Shown: positions 18,198 through 28,257, numbered from the stretch's first letter. The stretch is DNA of 64,000 bases from Candidatus Iainarchaeum sp. (GCA_026413945.1 JAOAJX010000002.1:4618-68617), one strand, 5' to 3'. The notes: generated from the letters alone by a model not told the origin. Numbers and translations: made by a program.

Positions 18198-19334
18198 CTA
18201 CCTAAATCTTAATAGCATTGGCAGAAAGCCCCAAAATCTAGGTTTAGAGAGCATCTTTGGAATAAATCTACTTGGCCAATCCATATCTCCATGCTCTGAC
18301 AAAAATTCACCGAGGTTTGCTTTCTGCGCTCTTATAAATAGTTTGTCTAACGTATTTTCGCTTAATTTGTTAAGATATGAGCGCATCTTCCAGTGTAAAA
18401 TAAGCTCTTTTGTGATTGGTTTAAGCAAAAATTTGTAGTTTTCCAAGCCAGTATTATTTCTGAAGTTACTGTCAATTGCCCGAGCGCAAATTTTTGCTGC
18501 ATTAAGGCCCATTATAATGCCTCCGCCGGTTGTTGCCTTTGCATGGAAGGCTGCATCACCCACGAGTAAAATATTATTATTTATCGGCTCATTAATTGGT
18601 GGCCCGCAGGGTATCTTAAAAGATGATTCTTCTATTTTTTCAAAATCAAGCAAATATTTCTTTTTAAATTCATCAAAAGCTTCTTTAGGGTTAATGCCAA
18701 ATGATGTTGCAATGCCAATCCTTGCAATTGAATTATTTTCAGGTATAATCCAAGCAAAAAAACCTTTAGCAAAAGAGCCCAAGTAAAGCTTCACTTTTTT
18801 GCTCTCAAAAGAACCATTTGCACGAATTTGGTATGAATTAAGATAGTGGCTTTTGTCTGGTTTTACACCAATGATTTCCCTAGTGCGAGAATTAACTCCG
18901 TCTGCGCCAACAACAACCTTTGCCTTTCTAAGTTCGCCTCTGTTCTTCTTTTGAATGAAAATATTCTCTTTGCGAACATCAATAAGCTTCGACTCAAATT
19001 CAACTTTAACACCATTTTTGATTGCATCCTTAAGAAGCATTAAATCAAATTCTTTGCGTGAAATAACCAAAGCCACGGGCACATCTTTTTCAACTAAGAT
19101 TTTGTGCCCAGAAGGAGAAAAGATTTCTGCACCATTTATCTCGTTTACTGTGCAATTATTTGCATTAATACCAAGCTCTCTAAGGCCAGTCACGGAAAGT
19201 AATCCGGCGCAATGTTCTGGTGTACCAACATTTGGGTGTTCTTCGATGAGAGTAACATCCCAACCATTTTTTGATAGTTCAGAAGCTGTCATAATGCCGG
19301 CAGGACCAGCACCGGCTACAAACACAGCACACAT
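18198..19334 (-). CDS. geranylgeranyl reductase family (digeranylgeranylglycerophospholipid reductase)
   Basis: GAGPAG, PEHCAG, GADG, FAWIIP, LVGDAA...TGGGI. Confidence 0.9.
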   Translation of the reverse strand: MCAVFVAGAGPAGIMTASELSKNGWDVTLIEEHPNVGTPEHCAGLLSVTGLRELGINANNCTVNEINGAEIFSPSGHKILVEKDVPVALVISRKEFDLMLLKDAIKNGVKVEFESKLIDVRKENIFIQKKNRGELRKAKVVVGADGVNSRTREIIGVKPDKSHYLNSYQIRANGSFESKKVKLYLGSFAKGFFAWIIPENNSIARIGIATSFGINPKEAFDEFKKKYLLDFEKIEESSFKIPCGPPINEPINNNILLVGDAAFHAKATTGGGIIMGLNAAKICARAIDSNFRNNTGLENYKFLLKPITKELILHWKMRSYLNKLSENTLDKLFIRAQKANLGEFLSEHGDMDWPSRFIPKMLSKPRFWGFLPMLLRFR

Positions 19335-19391
19335 ATATTCATTAGAAAAGAAAAAAATTAAATGTGTGCTGCCGAGAATATTTCTATCAGT

Positions 19392-22300
19392 TTAGCCCCT
19401 ATATGCCCATCTTGGGCCTCTTCTTTGAGTTTCTGCTTTTCCACCACCAAAGCTGCTGTTCTTTCGCTTTAGAATATATAAGATTATAAGCCCAACTATA
19501 AGCAACAAAAAGAGTATTACTACTGCATAAAGAATTACTTCTAAGATGCCCCCTCCAGGCAATTGCTGCTCAAGCACTAATGCAAATGCTGTTGGCTCAA
19601 ATGCATTTTTAGCTTTTAGCGCTTGGTATTCAGCTGCGTTTATTGGTGTTTTAAGGTAGTATTCCACTATAATATCTTCAGAATCCTTTTTTTGTGGCTT
19701 AAACAGCAACACAGGATCATCTTTTATGACTTCAAAGGCTACGTCAGATTTTATTTGGGAAGCATTTTTTGCAAGATCTTTTGGAATGTTTTCCCATAAA
19801 AGGATTTTATCATCCGATGACTTGAATTGCAAAAATACTTTTATATAATATTTTGTAACATTTTTATCTTTTATCATTAAAACCTTTATTATTTTCTTTG
19901 CTGATAACTCAACAGTTTTCTTTGCCGCTTCCTCGGCAGCATCATTAGCAAAACCATTTGCCAAAAGAAGTTCTTTTGCTATATCTTTGCTTATCTCAAG
20001 CACTTTTGTTTCAGCCTCTGAGAAACCGTAGTTTTCAAACAGAGCATTCAGTTTTGCGGATGCTTCATTTGCCTTTTCAATGGCGCTGTCATAATCGCCT
20101 TTGCTGTAATTTGTGTTTGCATCGAATATTGCTTGAAGCACCGCATTGTAAAGATCAGTTGCTTCTTTGCTTATTTCAAGATTGTAGCTCCTTATGCTTT
20201 GCAACATATTTGCAGCTTCCGTTCTTTTTGTCATTATATCTGATATTTTTTTCTCGGCTTCAGTTTTCTTTGGCGGCTGCGTTGAAGTAATCCCAATACC
20301 GACGTTTACTGTTGCTAAAGCTTCATTGCCTGCTTTGTCTAAAGCAACTGCCTTGAGGGTGTAACTTCCTTTTGGTAAATTTGCAGTATTCCAACTATGT
20401 GACCAATAAAGTCCTTCCTCAGAGGCTGTTGTAAGCGTTGTTATTTTGTTATTGTCAATGTAAAATGTGACACTTTCCATTTTTGTTTGTGACTCATTAA
20501 TCTTAACCTTAAGCAAATAAGTGCCATCAATAGAAGCCCCTTGCTCTGGCGCAATCCAGACTATTTCAGGCTTTTTTGTATCTATTTCGAAAGTTTTTAT
20601 TGTTTCTTCAAGATTATCCGCAATAACTCTTATTTTTGCAACACCATCATCTCCACTTTCAACAGTAAATGTTGCAGTGAAGTCATCATCAGTAATGGGG
20701 CCTTTAATCTTAATCCAGTCGCTATCTGATGCTTTTTTTATGTAAACATATGCATCTATAAGCTCATCAGTAGATCTAATCCTAACGCTTTTGCTTCCTG
20801 CATTTACATATTGTGATATGTCAACTACGACTTTTGCTGCAGCTGTAGCAATATTAACGCTAGCAATGTCGCTCTCATTGCCAGCATTATCAATTGCAAG
20901 TACTTTGTAGTAGTATTTTGTTCCACTGCTTGTTTTTGTATCAGTCCATGTTGTATCAACAAGAATTGCTCGCCTGTTATTTTCATCTATATTAAAATCG
21001 CTTGCCGTACCTCTGTAAACGCGGTATTCCTTTATGCCGCTTCTTGCATCTGTCGAGGCATTCCAAGTAAGTTTTACATTGTTGTTATCAATTACTGCTC
21101 CAAGGTTGCTCGGCTTACTGGGCTTTGTAAAGTCGATCTTCACAGTGAATGTAGCAACATTGCTGCAAATGCCATTGGCATCACATGCGCGAACTTTCAA
21201 ATAATATACGCCTTCATTTAAATTTTTTAAATCTAAGCGCCTATTTGAACAATAGCTGTTTGAATCTATTACTTTGTCAGGTTCTTTCGCAGCTGAAGTA
21301 TCCCAAGTGCATGAATAACCTATTGCTCCAGGTATCGCATTCCAAGTTATTATAACATTTCTGTCTTTGCTCCAAACATTGTTTTTGTGTGTATTTGATG
21401 AAAATTCAGGCAAAGATGGGAGTATACGTATATTTGGTTTTATTTTGTTGCAATCTGAGAGTTCGCTTTCATTGCCGCTAAAATCAACAGCGGAAATCCT
21501 AAAATAATAGTTTAGATCGCTATTGAGATCTTGTAAAACATAATTTGTTCTGGTTGTAAAACCAGCAAATGTGCCAGTCGCCTTTGTGAAGTTGCAATCA
21601 TTTGTTCTATAGTATATCTTGTAGCCATTCAGATCATAATCTGTATTAGCACTCCATGTAAGTGTTATTGAGCCAGGCCCAGCATATGTAATTAAGCGCA
21701 ATGGCTTAGCTGGTGGGGTGTTGTCTGAGTAGTGAAAGATTACATTGCAGTCCGCACTATTTCTCGTTTCTGATTGGTTCAAAGCACGATCATAAGCAAA
21801 AGCCCTGGTGTTATAACTTCCAGTTCGATCTATGGCTAACTCATTGTAATCACAAACATATGTTCTGCCGCCATCCGCTGTGGAGCAGGCATTTGAAAAG
21901 TTGAAGCTACTGTTCCTTTGTATACCTATTATTGCTATTGTTGCGGTTGCTACACCACTTGCAGTATCGCTTAAGGTGAACTTTAAATTGTTGCTTGTTA
22001 TGTTTGTATTACTATTACAGTTAACATCTGGTGAGGTAAATTTGATTGTTGGTGGAGTATTATCAACATAAAAAACCTTGGAAGATATCTTATTGAAGTC
22101 ATTTATTGTATTAACTTGTTTTTCATAAAAATTCATGTCCAAGAAATAATTGCCATCTGAAATTATAGGTAATGTTATATTAACAAAACATCTCACAAAG
22201 CTCGTAAAATTTGGGCTTTGGCAAAAACCTAAGTTTTGATCTGAAAGATTGTGTGAGCTTATAAAATTTTGGAATTGTCCTTGAACATTGCTATAATAGA

Positions 22301-22517
22301 AATCAACCAATAACTCTTTATCGGTGCTGCCATTTATATCTGAGTCCATTACGTTGAAATCAACCCTTTGTAATCCACTTTTAAAGTACACTCCTTCCAT
22401 GGGCGCAATTAGCTGTATTGCTGGCTCTGCACCAATTGCTGAAGTCGTAAAAATAGCACAAATAATGAGTAAAACAAATACCTTTTTTAAACAAAATTTT
22501 GAATTTCCTTTAACCAA
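19392..22517 (-). CDS. large cell-surface protein with Fn3/Ig-like repeats, C-terminal TM anchor and RWAYRG tail
   Basis: Signal-like N-terminus; Fn3 motifs (LTW..N...GYKIYY; YYFRISAVD..GNES; DKAGN); TM near the C-terminus. TTG start after SD GGGTGA. Confidence 0.8.
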   Translation of the reverse strand: MVKGNSKFCLKKVFVLLIICAIFTTSAIGAEPAIQLIAPMEGVYFKSGLQRVDFNVMDSDINGSTDKELLVDFYYSNVQGQFQNFISSHNLSDQNLGFCQSPNFTSFVRCFVNITLPIISDGNYFLDMNFYEKQVNTINDFNKISSKVFYVDNTPPTIKFTSPDVNCNSNTNITSNNLKFTLSDTASGVATATIAIIGIQRNSSFNFSNACSTADGGRTYVCDYNELAIDRTGSYNTRAFAYDRALNQSETRNSADCNVIFHYSDNTPPAKPLRLITYAGPGSITLTWSANTDYDLNGYKIYYRTNDCNFTKATGTFAGFTTRTNYVLQDLNSDLNYYFRISAVDFSGNESELSDCNKIKPNIRILPSLPEFSSNTHKNNVWSKDRNVIITWNAIPGAIGYSCTWDTSAAKEPDKVIDSNSYCSNRRLDLKNLNEGVYYLKVRACDANGICSNVATFTVKIDFTKPSKPSNLGAVIDNNNVKLTWNASTDARSGIKEYRVYRGTASDFNIDENNRRAILVDTTWTDTKTSSGTKYYYKVLAIDNAGNESDIASVNIATAAAKVVVDISQYVNAGSKSVRIRSTDELIDAYVYIKKASDSDWIKIKGPITDDDFTATFTVESGDDGVAKIRVIADNLEETIKTFEIDTKKPEIVWIAPEQGASIDGTYLLKVKINESQTKMESVTFYIDNNKITTLTTASEEGLYWSHSWNTANLPKGSYTLKAVALDKAGNEALATVNVGIGITSTQPPKKTEAEKKISDIMTKRTEAANMLQSIRSYNLEISKEATDLYNAVLQAIFDANTNYSKGDYDSAIEKANEASAKLNALFENYGFSEAETKVLEISKDIAKELLLANGFANDAAEEAAKKTVELSAKKIIKVLMIKDKNVTKYYIKVFLQFKSSDDKILLWENIPKDLAKNASQIKSDVAFEVIKDDPVLLFKPQKKDSEDIIVEYYLKTPINAAEYQALKAKNAFEPTAFALVLEQQLPGGGILEVILYAVVILFLLLIVGLIILYILKRKNSSFGGGKAETQRRGPRWAYRG

Positions 22518-22622
22518 AATTATCACCCTCACCAAATAAATATTTAGATAAAATCTTTCTTATACTAAAATCTCCTCTAAAAATGTTTTTAATACTTTTT
22601 AAAGTGTTTTATTATTGATAGT

Positions 22623-23306
22623 ATGCTTGGGGTGTTGGGGGGCACTGTTTTCCTAAAGAAAAACTTACTTGGTTTCTACTCAGAGAAAAAAATAAAGACA
22701 AGTTATGGAACAACTATTGTAAGAATTGGTGATGGTTTTGCATTTGTGCAGCGCCATGGAAAAGAAAATCTGCCGCCACACAAAACAAACCATTACGCTA
22801 ATATTCTTGCTTTTAAAAAATTAGGTATTAAGGAAATATTGGCCATCAACTCAGTGGGTAGCCTTAAACGCAGGATAAAGCCGGGTTCACTTGTTGTGCC
22901 TCATGATTATATTCAATTTTTTCCAAAGACTTATTTCAATGACCACATGTATTGCATAACTCCAGCGCTTTGTGAAGAAATGAGGGCTAAAATTTTAAGA
23001 GCATGTGATTTTCTTGGCTATCCTGTAATTTGCAAGGCAATCTATTTCCAAACAATAGGGCCGAGGCTTGAAACCGTTTCTGAAGTAAAATTCATAAGGC
23101 GCTTTGCCGATATTGTTGGGATGACGCTTGCAGATGAAGCAACGCTTGCTCAAGAACAAGGTTTGTGTTATGCTAGCATTTGCACAGTAGATAATTATGC
23201 TCATGGAATTTCAAAGTCATTGACATATGAAGAAATCGTAAGCAATGCGTCAAAGAATGTAGAAACTATAGCCAATATCATTTATGCGTTGGTGAGAACA
23301 AAATGA
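22623..23306 (+). CDS. mtnP: 5'-methylthioadenosine/inosine phosphorylase (MTAP family)
   Basis: RHG...PPHKTNHYANI, SVGSL, GPRLET..E, VGMT, VDNYAHG. Confidence 0.88.
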   Translation: MLGVLGGTVFLKKNLLGFYSEKKIKTSYGTTIVRIGDGFAFVQRHGKENLPPHKTNHYANILAFKKLGIKEILAINSVGSLKRRIKPGSLVVPHDYIQFFPKTYFNDHMYCITPALCEEMRAKILRACDFLGYPVICKAIYFQTIGPRLETVSEVKFIRRFADIVGMTLADEATLAQEQGLCYASICTVDNYAHGISKSLTYEEIVSNASKNVETIANIIYALVRTK

Positions 23307-24535
23307 CTATTTTTATCAAAGGGGCTTTGCTGCCAAATGGAAAGCGCTCAAACATACTAATTGAAGACAATAAGATCTCAGCAATGGGCAAGGGCGTGAT
23401 TGACAAAAGTGATGTTGTAATTGATGGTAAAGAGCTTGCTGCAATACCTGGATTCTTCAATATGCATACACACGCTGCAATGTCATTGCTAAAAGGTTTT
23501 GCCGATGATTTTGAGTTACACACTTGGCTAACAGAGTACATATTTCCAATTGAAGCGAAAATGAAGCCAAAGCATGTTTATTACGGCACAATGCTCGCTT
23601 GCGCAGAGATGATACGCTCTGGCACGACTTGTTTTAATGATATGTATTTCTTCGAAGAAGAAGGAGCCAAAGCCGCAAGCAAAGCTGGTTTGAGAGCAAT
23701 TATAAGCAAAGTTATTACAAATAAATTAAATGAAAGTGATGTGAAAAAGTCCATTAATGTGCTTGGCCGATATAAAAACATAATACCTGCGCTTGGACCT
23801 CATGCCATTTATACGACAACGGAAGATGTTTTACTTGGAGCAAAATCACTTTCAGAAGAGCTTTCTGTGCCAATACATTTTCACTTAAGCGAAACTCAAA
23901 AAGAAGTATCTGATTGCTTAAAAGAAAAGAACATGAGGCCTGTGGAATACCTTGCGCATATTGGCTTCTTGAACAAAAATCTTTTCAACGCACACTGCGT
24001 TTGGTTAAATGAAAAGGAAATAAAGTTGTTGGCTAAAAATTGTGCTAAAGCAATTAGTTGTCCAACCTCAAACTTAAAGCTTGCCAGCGGCATAGCACCA
24101 CTAAAGATGCTTCTGGACAACAAGGTTTTGCTGATGCTTGGCACAGATGGGTCAGCAAGCAACAATTCTTTAAACATGTTTGAAGCAATGAAGTTCGCAT
24201 CGTTATTGCAAAAGCACAAGCAGAACGATGCATCTGTGCTTAATGCCCAATGTACATTTAAGCTATCAAATATCAATGCAGCAGAGGCGCTAAACATTGA
24301 TTGTGGTAAATTATTTGTTGGATGCCTTGCAGATATCTCTCTTATTGATCTTAACCACATATCAATGGTGCCGTGCCACAATCTCCTATCAAATATAGTT
24401 TATTCTGCTGAACCAAATGCTGTTCATACAGTGATATGCGACGGTGAAATACTAATGGATGCAAGAGTAATTAGTTGGGAAGATAAGATTAAGAAAAAGG
24501 CATCTAAGGAGGCATTAAAGTTAGCGAAACATTAA
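23303..24535 (+). CDS. mtaD: MTA/SAH/adenosine deaminase (amidohydrolase)
   Basis: NMHTHAAM, HFHLSET, AHCV, LGTDGSASNN. Confidence 0.85.
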   Translation: MTIFIKGALLPNGKRSNILIEDNKISAMGKGVIDKSDVVIDGKELAAIPGFFNMHTHAAMSLLKGFADDFELHTWLTEYIFPIEAKMKPKHVYYGTMLACAEMIRSGTTCFNDMYFFEEEGAKAASKAGLRAIISKVITNKLNESDVKKSINVLGRYKNIIPALGPHAIYTTTEDVLLGAKSLSEELSVPIHFHLSETQKEVSDCLKEKNMRPVEYLAHIGFLNKNLFNAHCVWLNEKEIKLLAKNCAKAISCPTSNLKLASGIAPLKMLLDNKVLLMLGTDGSASNNSLNMFEAMKFASLLQKHKQNDASVLNAQCTFKLSNINAAEALNIDCGKLFVGCLADISLIDLNHISMVPCHNLLSNIVYSAEPNAVHTVICDGEILMDARVISWEDKIKKKASKEALKLAKH

Positions 24536-24572
24536 TGCTAAATCGGTAAGTATAATTGCAAGAGGTGATATT

Positions 24573-24614
24573 ATGGCTGGTTGCTGCGGAGCAAAAACCA
24601 AAAAAGGAAAGTAA
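24573..24614 (+). CDS. candidate micropeptide MAGCCGAKTKKGK
   Basis: GAGGTGA-TATT-ATG, with the 12-mer GGTGATATTATG identical to the histone RBS; T-rich tract follows the stop. Confidence 0.6.
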   Translation: MAGCCGAKTKKGK

Positions 24615-24651
24615 ATGTGCTTTTCCATAAATTTTCTTTTTTTCTTTATTT

Positions 24652-25287
24652 TTACTTCTTTAAAAGCTCTTTTCTTATCACTACTATTTCTGGAAGGCCG
24701 CGGTAATGTCCAGCATAATCTAAACCATAACCGCCTACAAACACGCGTGGTATTTGAAATCCAACGAAGTCAACTTGCACATCTTTTGCAATTCCTTTAT
24801 CAAGTAGCACGCATGTCTTAAACCTTTTTGCATTTTTGCCAATCATTTCTTGAAGAATTTTGAGTGTTTTACCAGTATCAACAATATCCTCTATAAGTAA
24901 TACGTTTTCACCCTGCAGTTCATCTATCTTATAGAGATCAACTTTGCCACTAGATTTTGAGCTGTTTCCGTAGCTGGAACATTTTATAAAATCAAGCTTT
25001 GTCCTAATATCACTTTGCTCATCGAGTGCTCTAATTAAATCTGCGGCAAAAAACATGCCTCCTTTAAGAATTACATAGCAGTCAAGTTCTTTAATTCTCT
25101 TAAATGTTGCACTTATTTCCAATGCAAGAGCCGTTATTCTTGCTTCAAGGCAACCTTTGGTTATGAGTATGCGATCGATTTCTTGTTCATATTTTTTCCT
25201 AACAACAGGCTCTGGCTCATTTTTTAGCTTTATGCCCTCTTCAGGCACAATTACTTTCCTTGAAAAGTTAGTTACTATTGTATGCAT
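24652..25287 (-). CDS. hpt: hypoxanthine phosphoribosyltransferase (bacterial-type)
   Basis: ILKGGMFFAADL, IKCSSY, LLIEDIVDTGKTL, FVGGYGLDY...YRGLP. Confidence 0.92.
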   Translation of the reverse strand: MHTIVTNFSRKVIVPEEGIKLKNEPEPVVRKKYEQEIDRILITKGCLEARITALALEISATFKRIKELDCYVILKGGMFFAADLIRALDEQSDIRTKLDFIKCSSYGNSSKSSGKVDLYKIDELQGENVLLIEDIVDTGKTLKILQEMIGKNAKRFKTCVLLDKGIAKDVQVDFVGFQIPRVFVGGYGLDYAGHYRGLPEIVVIRKELLKK

Positions 25288-26035
25288 CGAACCACCTTCT
25301 AAAAAATGTTGCTTTTTTTATTGCAATCTCATACTTTTCAGGCGTATCTGTTGGGAACCATTGGCCCACGCATTTGCAACCATAAAGACTTTGCTCGAAT
25401 GAAAGCACAGGAAAAACATCCCTTTCTAAGCTATAGCGTCTTTTTTTAGGTATCATTCTTAAAATCTTGTTGGATAATGCATATGCGCCCGCATTTACTA
25501 TTCTGCTTTCCGTTTCCCATGATTTTGGTTTTTCTATGAACCTAAGAACTTTATTACCTTCAAGCTCGACAACGCCAAAGTTTTCAATGTTTTTAAGTTT
25601 TTTTAGTGCAATAACGCCAAGTGCTTTTTTCTTTTCAAGCAAAAGTGCCATTTTGCTATAATTTACATCTTTTACTTCATCACCATTGCAAACAAAGAAG
25701 CTCTTGCCTTTTAAGTATTTTTCCGCATTTTTTAGAGCACCCGCAGTACCCAGGAGTTTTTCTTCTTTGCAATAGGTTATTCTTGCACCATCAAACTTTT
25801 TGCCAAAATAGTCATTTATTACTTCATTTTTGTGGCTAACGCCGAGGATGATTTGCTTTACGCCATGCTCTATAAGGTTCCTTATATTGTATTCGAGTAT
25901 AGGCCTGCCTTTCACAAGAAGCATTGGCTTTGGTATTTCGAGAGTGAATGGTCTTAGGCGCAATCCCATGCCGCCAGCAAGCACAAATGCTTTTCTTGTT
26001 TTTGTTTTTTCATTTATTGCATTTTCTTTTTTCAT
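25268..26035 (-). CDS. NDP-sugar pyrophosphorylase (nucleotidyltransferase)
   Basis: LAGGMGLRLRP...PKPM, LGTAGAL, NGD, FIEKP, NAGAY. Confidence 0.9.
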   Translation of the reverse strand: MKKENAINEKTKTRKAFVLAGGMGLRLRPFTLEIPKPMLLVKGRPILEYNIRNLIEHGVKQIILGVSHKNEVINDYFGKKFDGARITYCKEEKLLGTAGALKNAEKYLKGKSFFVCNGDEVKDVNYSKMALLLEKKKALGVIALKKLKNIENFGVVELEGNKVLRFIEKPKSWETESRIVNAGAYALSNKILRMIPKKRRYSLERDVFPVLSFEQSLYGCKCVGQWFPTDTPEKYEIAIKKATFFRRWFDAYNSN

Positions 26036-26077
26036 ATGCGTTTATGTATGCGATATGTTTATAATTTGGAGTTATGC

Positions 26078-26905
26078 TCACAAAAGAATATTTGCTTTCT
26101 CAATATCTAATCTTTTGTTTATATTCAAGTACAGGCCTTGAAATGGATACCCATAAACTATGCCCTGCCTTGACAATCTAGGAAGAATATCCCTTTCAAT
26201 GCTTTTATCTGTTGGCTGTATGTAAGAGAATATCGTTGGCTCTATTATAAAATAACCAGAGTTTACAAGATAGCTTTCAACCTTTGATTTTGGCTTTTCA
26301 ACAAAATTCCTTATCTTTGGGCCTTCCATAACAGCAACACCATATTTTTTTGGTTCATCCACACTTGTTAGCGCAATAGTCATTATGCTTGAATGGTCTT
26401 TATGGAAAGCGTACATGCTTCCCAAATCCACCCTACATATTGTGTCGCCATATGCAAGTAAAAAAGATTCTCTAATATAGTCCTTTGCCATAAGCAAAGG
26501 CCTTACCGTGCCGCTCGCCCTTTCCGCATTTATAAATGTGATGTTATATGGTTTACTCAAAGCACTGAAATAATTGACAATTTCTTCTTTTTTGTAGTCT
26601 AAATACACAATGAACCTGTTTATGCCAAAACCATGTAAATGGTCTAACACATGCTCTAGCAAAGCCTTTTTGCCAATCTGAACCATGAACTTTATTTTAC
26701 CATCAATGCTTATATCACTTGGTTTTCCACCAGCTAGCACTAGTGCAGTGCTTAGCTTATCAGAGAGCGCCTTGGTGAGCACGTATTCAACAGCTTGGCT
26801 TCTGCTCCTTATCGATAGGCCATCAACTAAAGAATCTACTTTCGAAAGTATATCTTCGCTTATAGAAATGGTGGTCCTTGTTCTTCTTTTAGGAGTTTTT
26901 ATCAT
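26078..26905 (-). CDS. ribbon-helix-helix DNA-binding domain fused to degenerate sugar-nucleotidyltransferase domain
   Basis: RTRTTISISEDILSKVD...SRSQAVEYVL, then LAGG lacking GTRL; YGDT, FVEKP. Confidence 0.8.
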   Translation of the reverse strand: MIKTPKRRTRTTISISEDILSKVDSLVDGLSIRSRSQAVEYVLTKALSDKLSTALVLAGGKPSDISIDGKIKFMVQIGKKALLEHVLDHLHGFGINRFIVYLDYKKEEIVNYFSALSKPYNITFINAERASGTVRPLLMAKDYIRESFLLAYGDTICRVDLGSMYAFHKDHSSIMTIALTSVDEPKKYGVAVMEGPKIRNFVEKPKSKVESYLVNSGYFIIEPTIFSYIQPTDKSIERDILPRLSRQGIVYGYPFQGLYLNINKRLDIEKANILL

Positions 26906-26909
26906 AATC

Positions 26910-26928
26910 TTTCATACTATTTATGAAA
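26910..26928. promoter_or_regulatory. inverted repeat TTTCATA-N5-TATGAAA, candidate RHH operator
   Basis: Perfect 7-bp arms 4 nt upstream of the RHH-fusion start. A second repeat, ATTTAAATG-N5-CATTTAAAT, lies at 26938-26960. Confidence 0.55.
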
Positions 26929-26961
26929 CATTCATTTATTTAAATGTTATGCATTTAAATC

Positions 26962-28257
26962 TTGCTGGATTATATGCGCATCGCAATGATAGGAACAGGT
27001 TATGTTGGCTTAGTAACTGGCACATGCTTAGCACAAATTGGACATAATGTTGTCTGCGTTGACATCGATGAGAAAAAAATAAAGATGCTTAAGGCTGGCA
27101 TATGCCCCATTTATGAACCACAATTAGAAGCAATGATTAGAGAGAACCTTAAAAATGGAAGATTAAAATTTACCACAGACACAAAAAGAGCAGTTCAGGA
27201 GTCTTATGTAGTTATGATTGCTGTCTGTACACCACAGACTAAAAATGGCAAAGCGGATCTCAGCTCTTGGAAGAAAGCTGCCTGCACTATAGCTGAAGCA
27301 ATAAATGAGGAAAAAGTAATTGTTAATAAGAGCACTGTGCCTGTTGGCACTGCAGAACTATTGAAAAAAATAATCAACGCAAGATACAAAGGTAAATTTT
27401 ATGTTGTATCGAATCCAGAGTTTCTTAGAGAGGGAAATGCAGTTAATGATTTTATGAAACCCGACAGAATTGTTGTTGGTTATGAAAGTACAAAAGCTAA
27501 GAAAGCAATGCAGGAACTTTATAGAAATATAAAATGTAAAAAGTTTTACACTGATTTGCGTACAGCAGAACTAATAAAATATGCATCAAACGCGCTTCTT
27601 GCAATAAAAATTTCATTCATAAATGAGATTGCAATGCTTTGCGATAAAGTTGGTGCAAACGTTGTTTCTGTCTCAAAAGGCGTTGGGATGGATAGAAGGA
27701 TAGGCCCCTATTTTCTCAATGCTGGTTGTGGCTGGGGCGGGTCTTGTTTTCCAAAGGATGTAAGTGCGCTTGTTTATATGGGTAAAAGAAACAAAGCAGC
27801 ACAGAGCATTGCCAGAGCAGCACATATTTCTAATGAAAGAGCGAAGCTTCAGCCAGTATTAAAGCTTAAGAAGCACCTTGGAAAATTGAACGGCAAGAAG
27901 ATTGCCTTGCTTGGCCTTTCATTCAAGCCGAATACTGATGATGTTAGGAGCGCTAGTAGCTTAACAATAATTGGGGCACTTAAAAAAGAAGGCGCAATTA
28001 TTCGTGCTTATGATCCAGCAGCCATGAAAAACACAAAGCCCTTATTTCCAGATATTCGTTATTGCAAAAACGCTTATGATGCAACAAAAGGTGCTGATGC
28101 TATAATAATTATTACTGAATGGCGAGAATTCGCTAATCTTGACTATAAGAAAATCCATAATTCAATGAAAAAACCATTGATAATAGACGGCAGAAACCTT
28201 TTAAATAGGAAAAACATTACTGATATTGGCTTTGTTTATGAGGGAATTGGGGTATAA
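26962..28257 (+). CDS. ugd: UDP-glucose 6-dehydrogenase
   Basis: GTGYVG, PIYEP, KSTVP, NPEFLREG, GGSCFPKD, FKPNTDDVR. Confidence 0.94.
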   Translation: MLDYMRIAMIGTGYVGLVTGTCLAQIGHNVVCVDIDEKKIKMLKAGICPIYEPQLEAMIRENLKNGRLKFTTDTKRAVQESYVVMIAVCTPQTKNGKADLSSWKKAACTIAEAINEEKVIVNKSTVPVGTAELLKKIINARYKGKFYVVSNPEFLREGNAVNDFMKPDRIVVGYESTKAKKAMQELYRNIKCKKFYTDLRTAELIKYASNALLAIKISFINEIAMLCDKVGANVVSVSKGVGMDRRIGPYFLNAGCGWGGSCFPKDVSALVYMGKRNKAAQSIARAAHISNERAKLQPVLKLKKHLGKLNGKKIALLGLSFKPNTDDVRSASSLTIIGALKKEGAIIRAYDPAAMKNTKPLFPDIRYCKNAYDATKGADAIIIITEWREFANLDYKKIHNSMKKPLIIDGRNLLNRKNITDIGFVYEGIGV

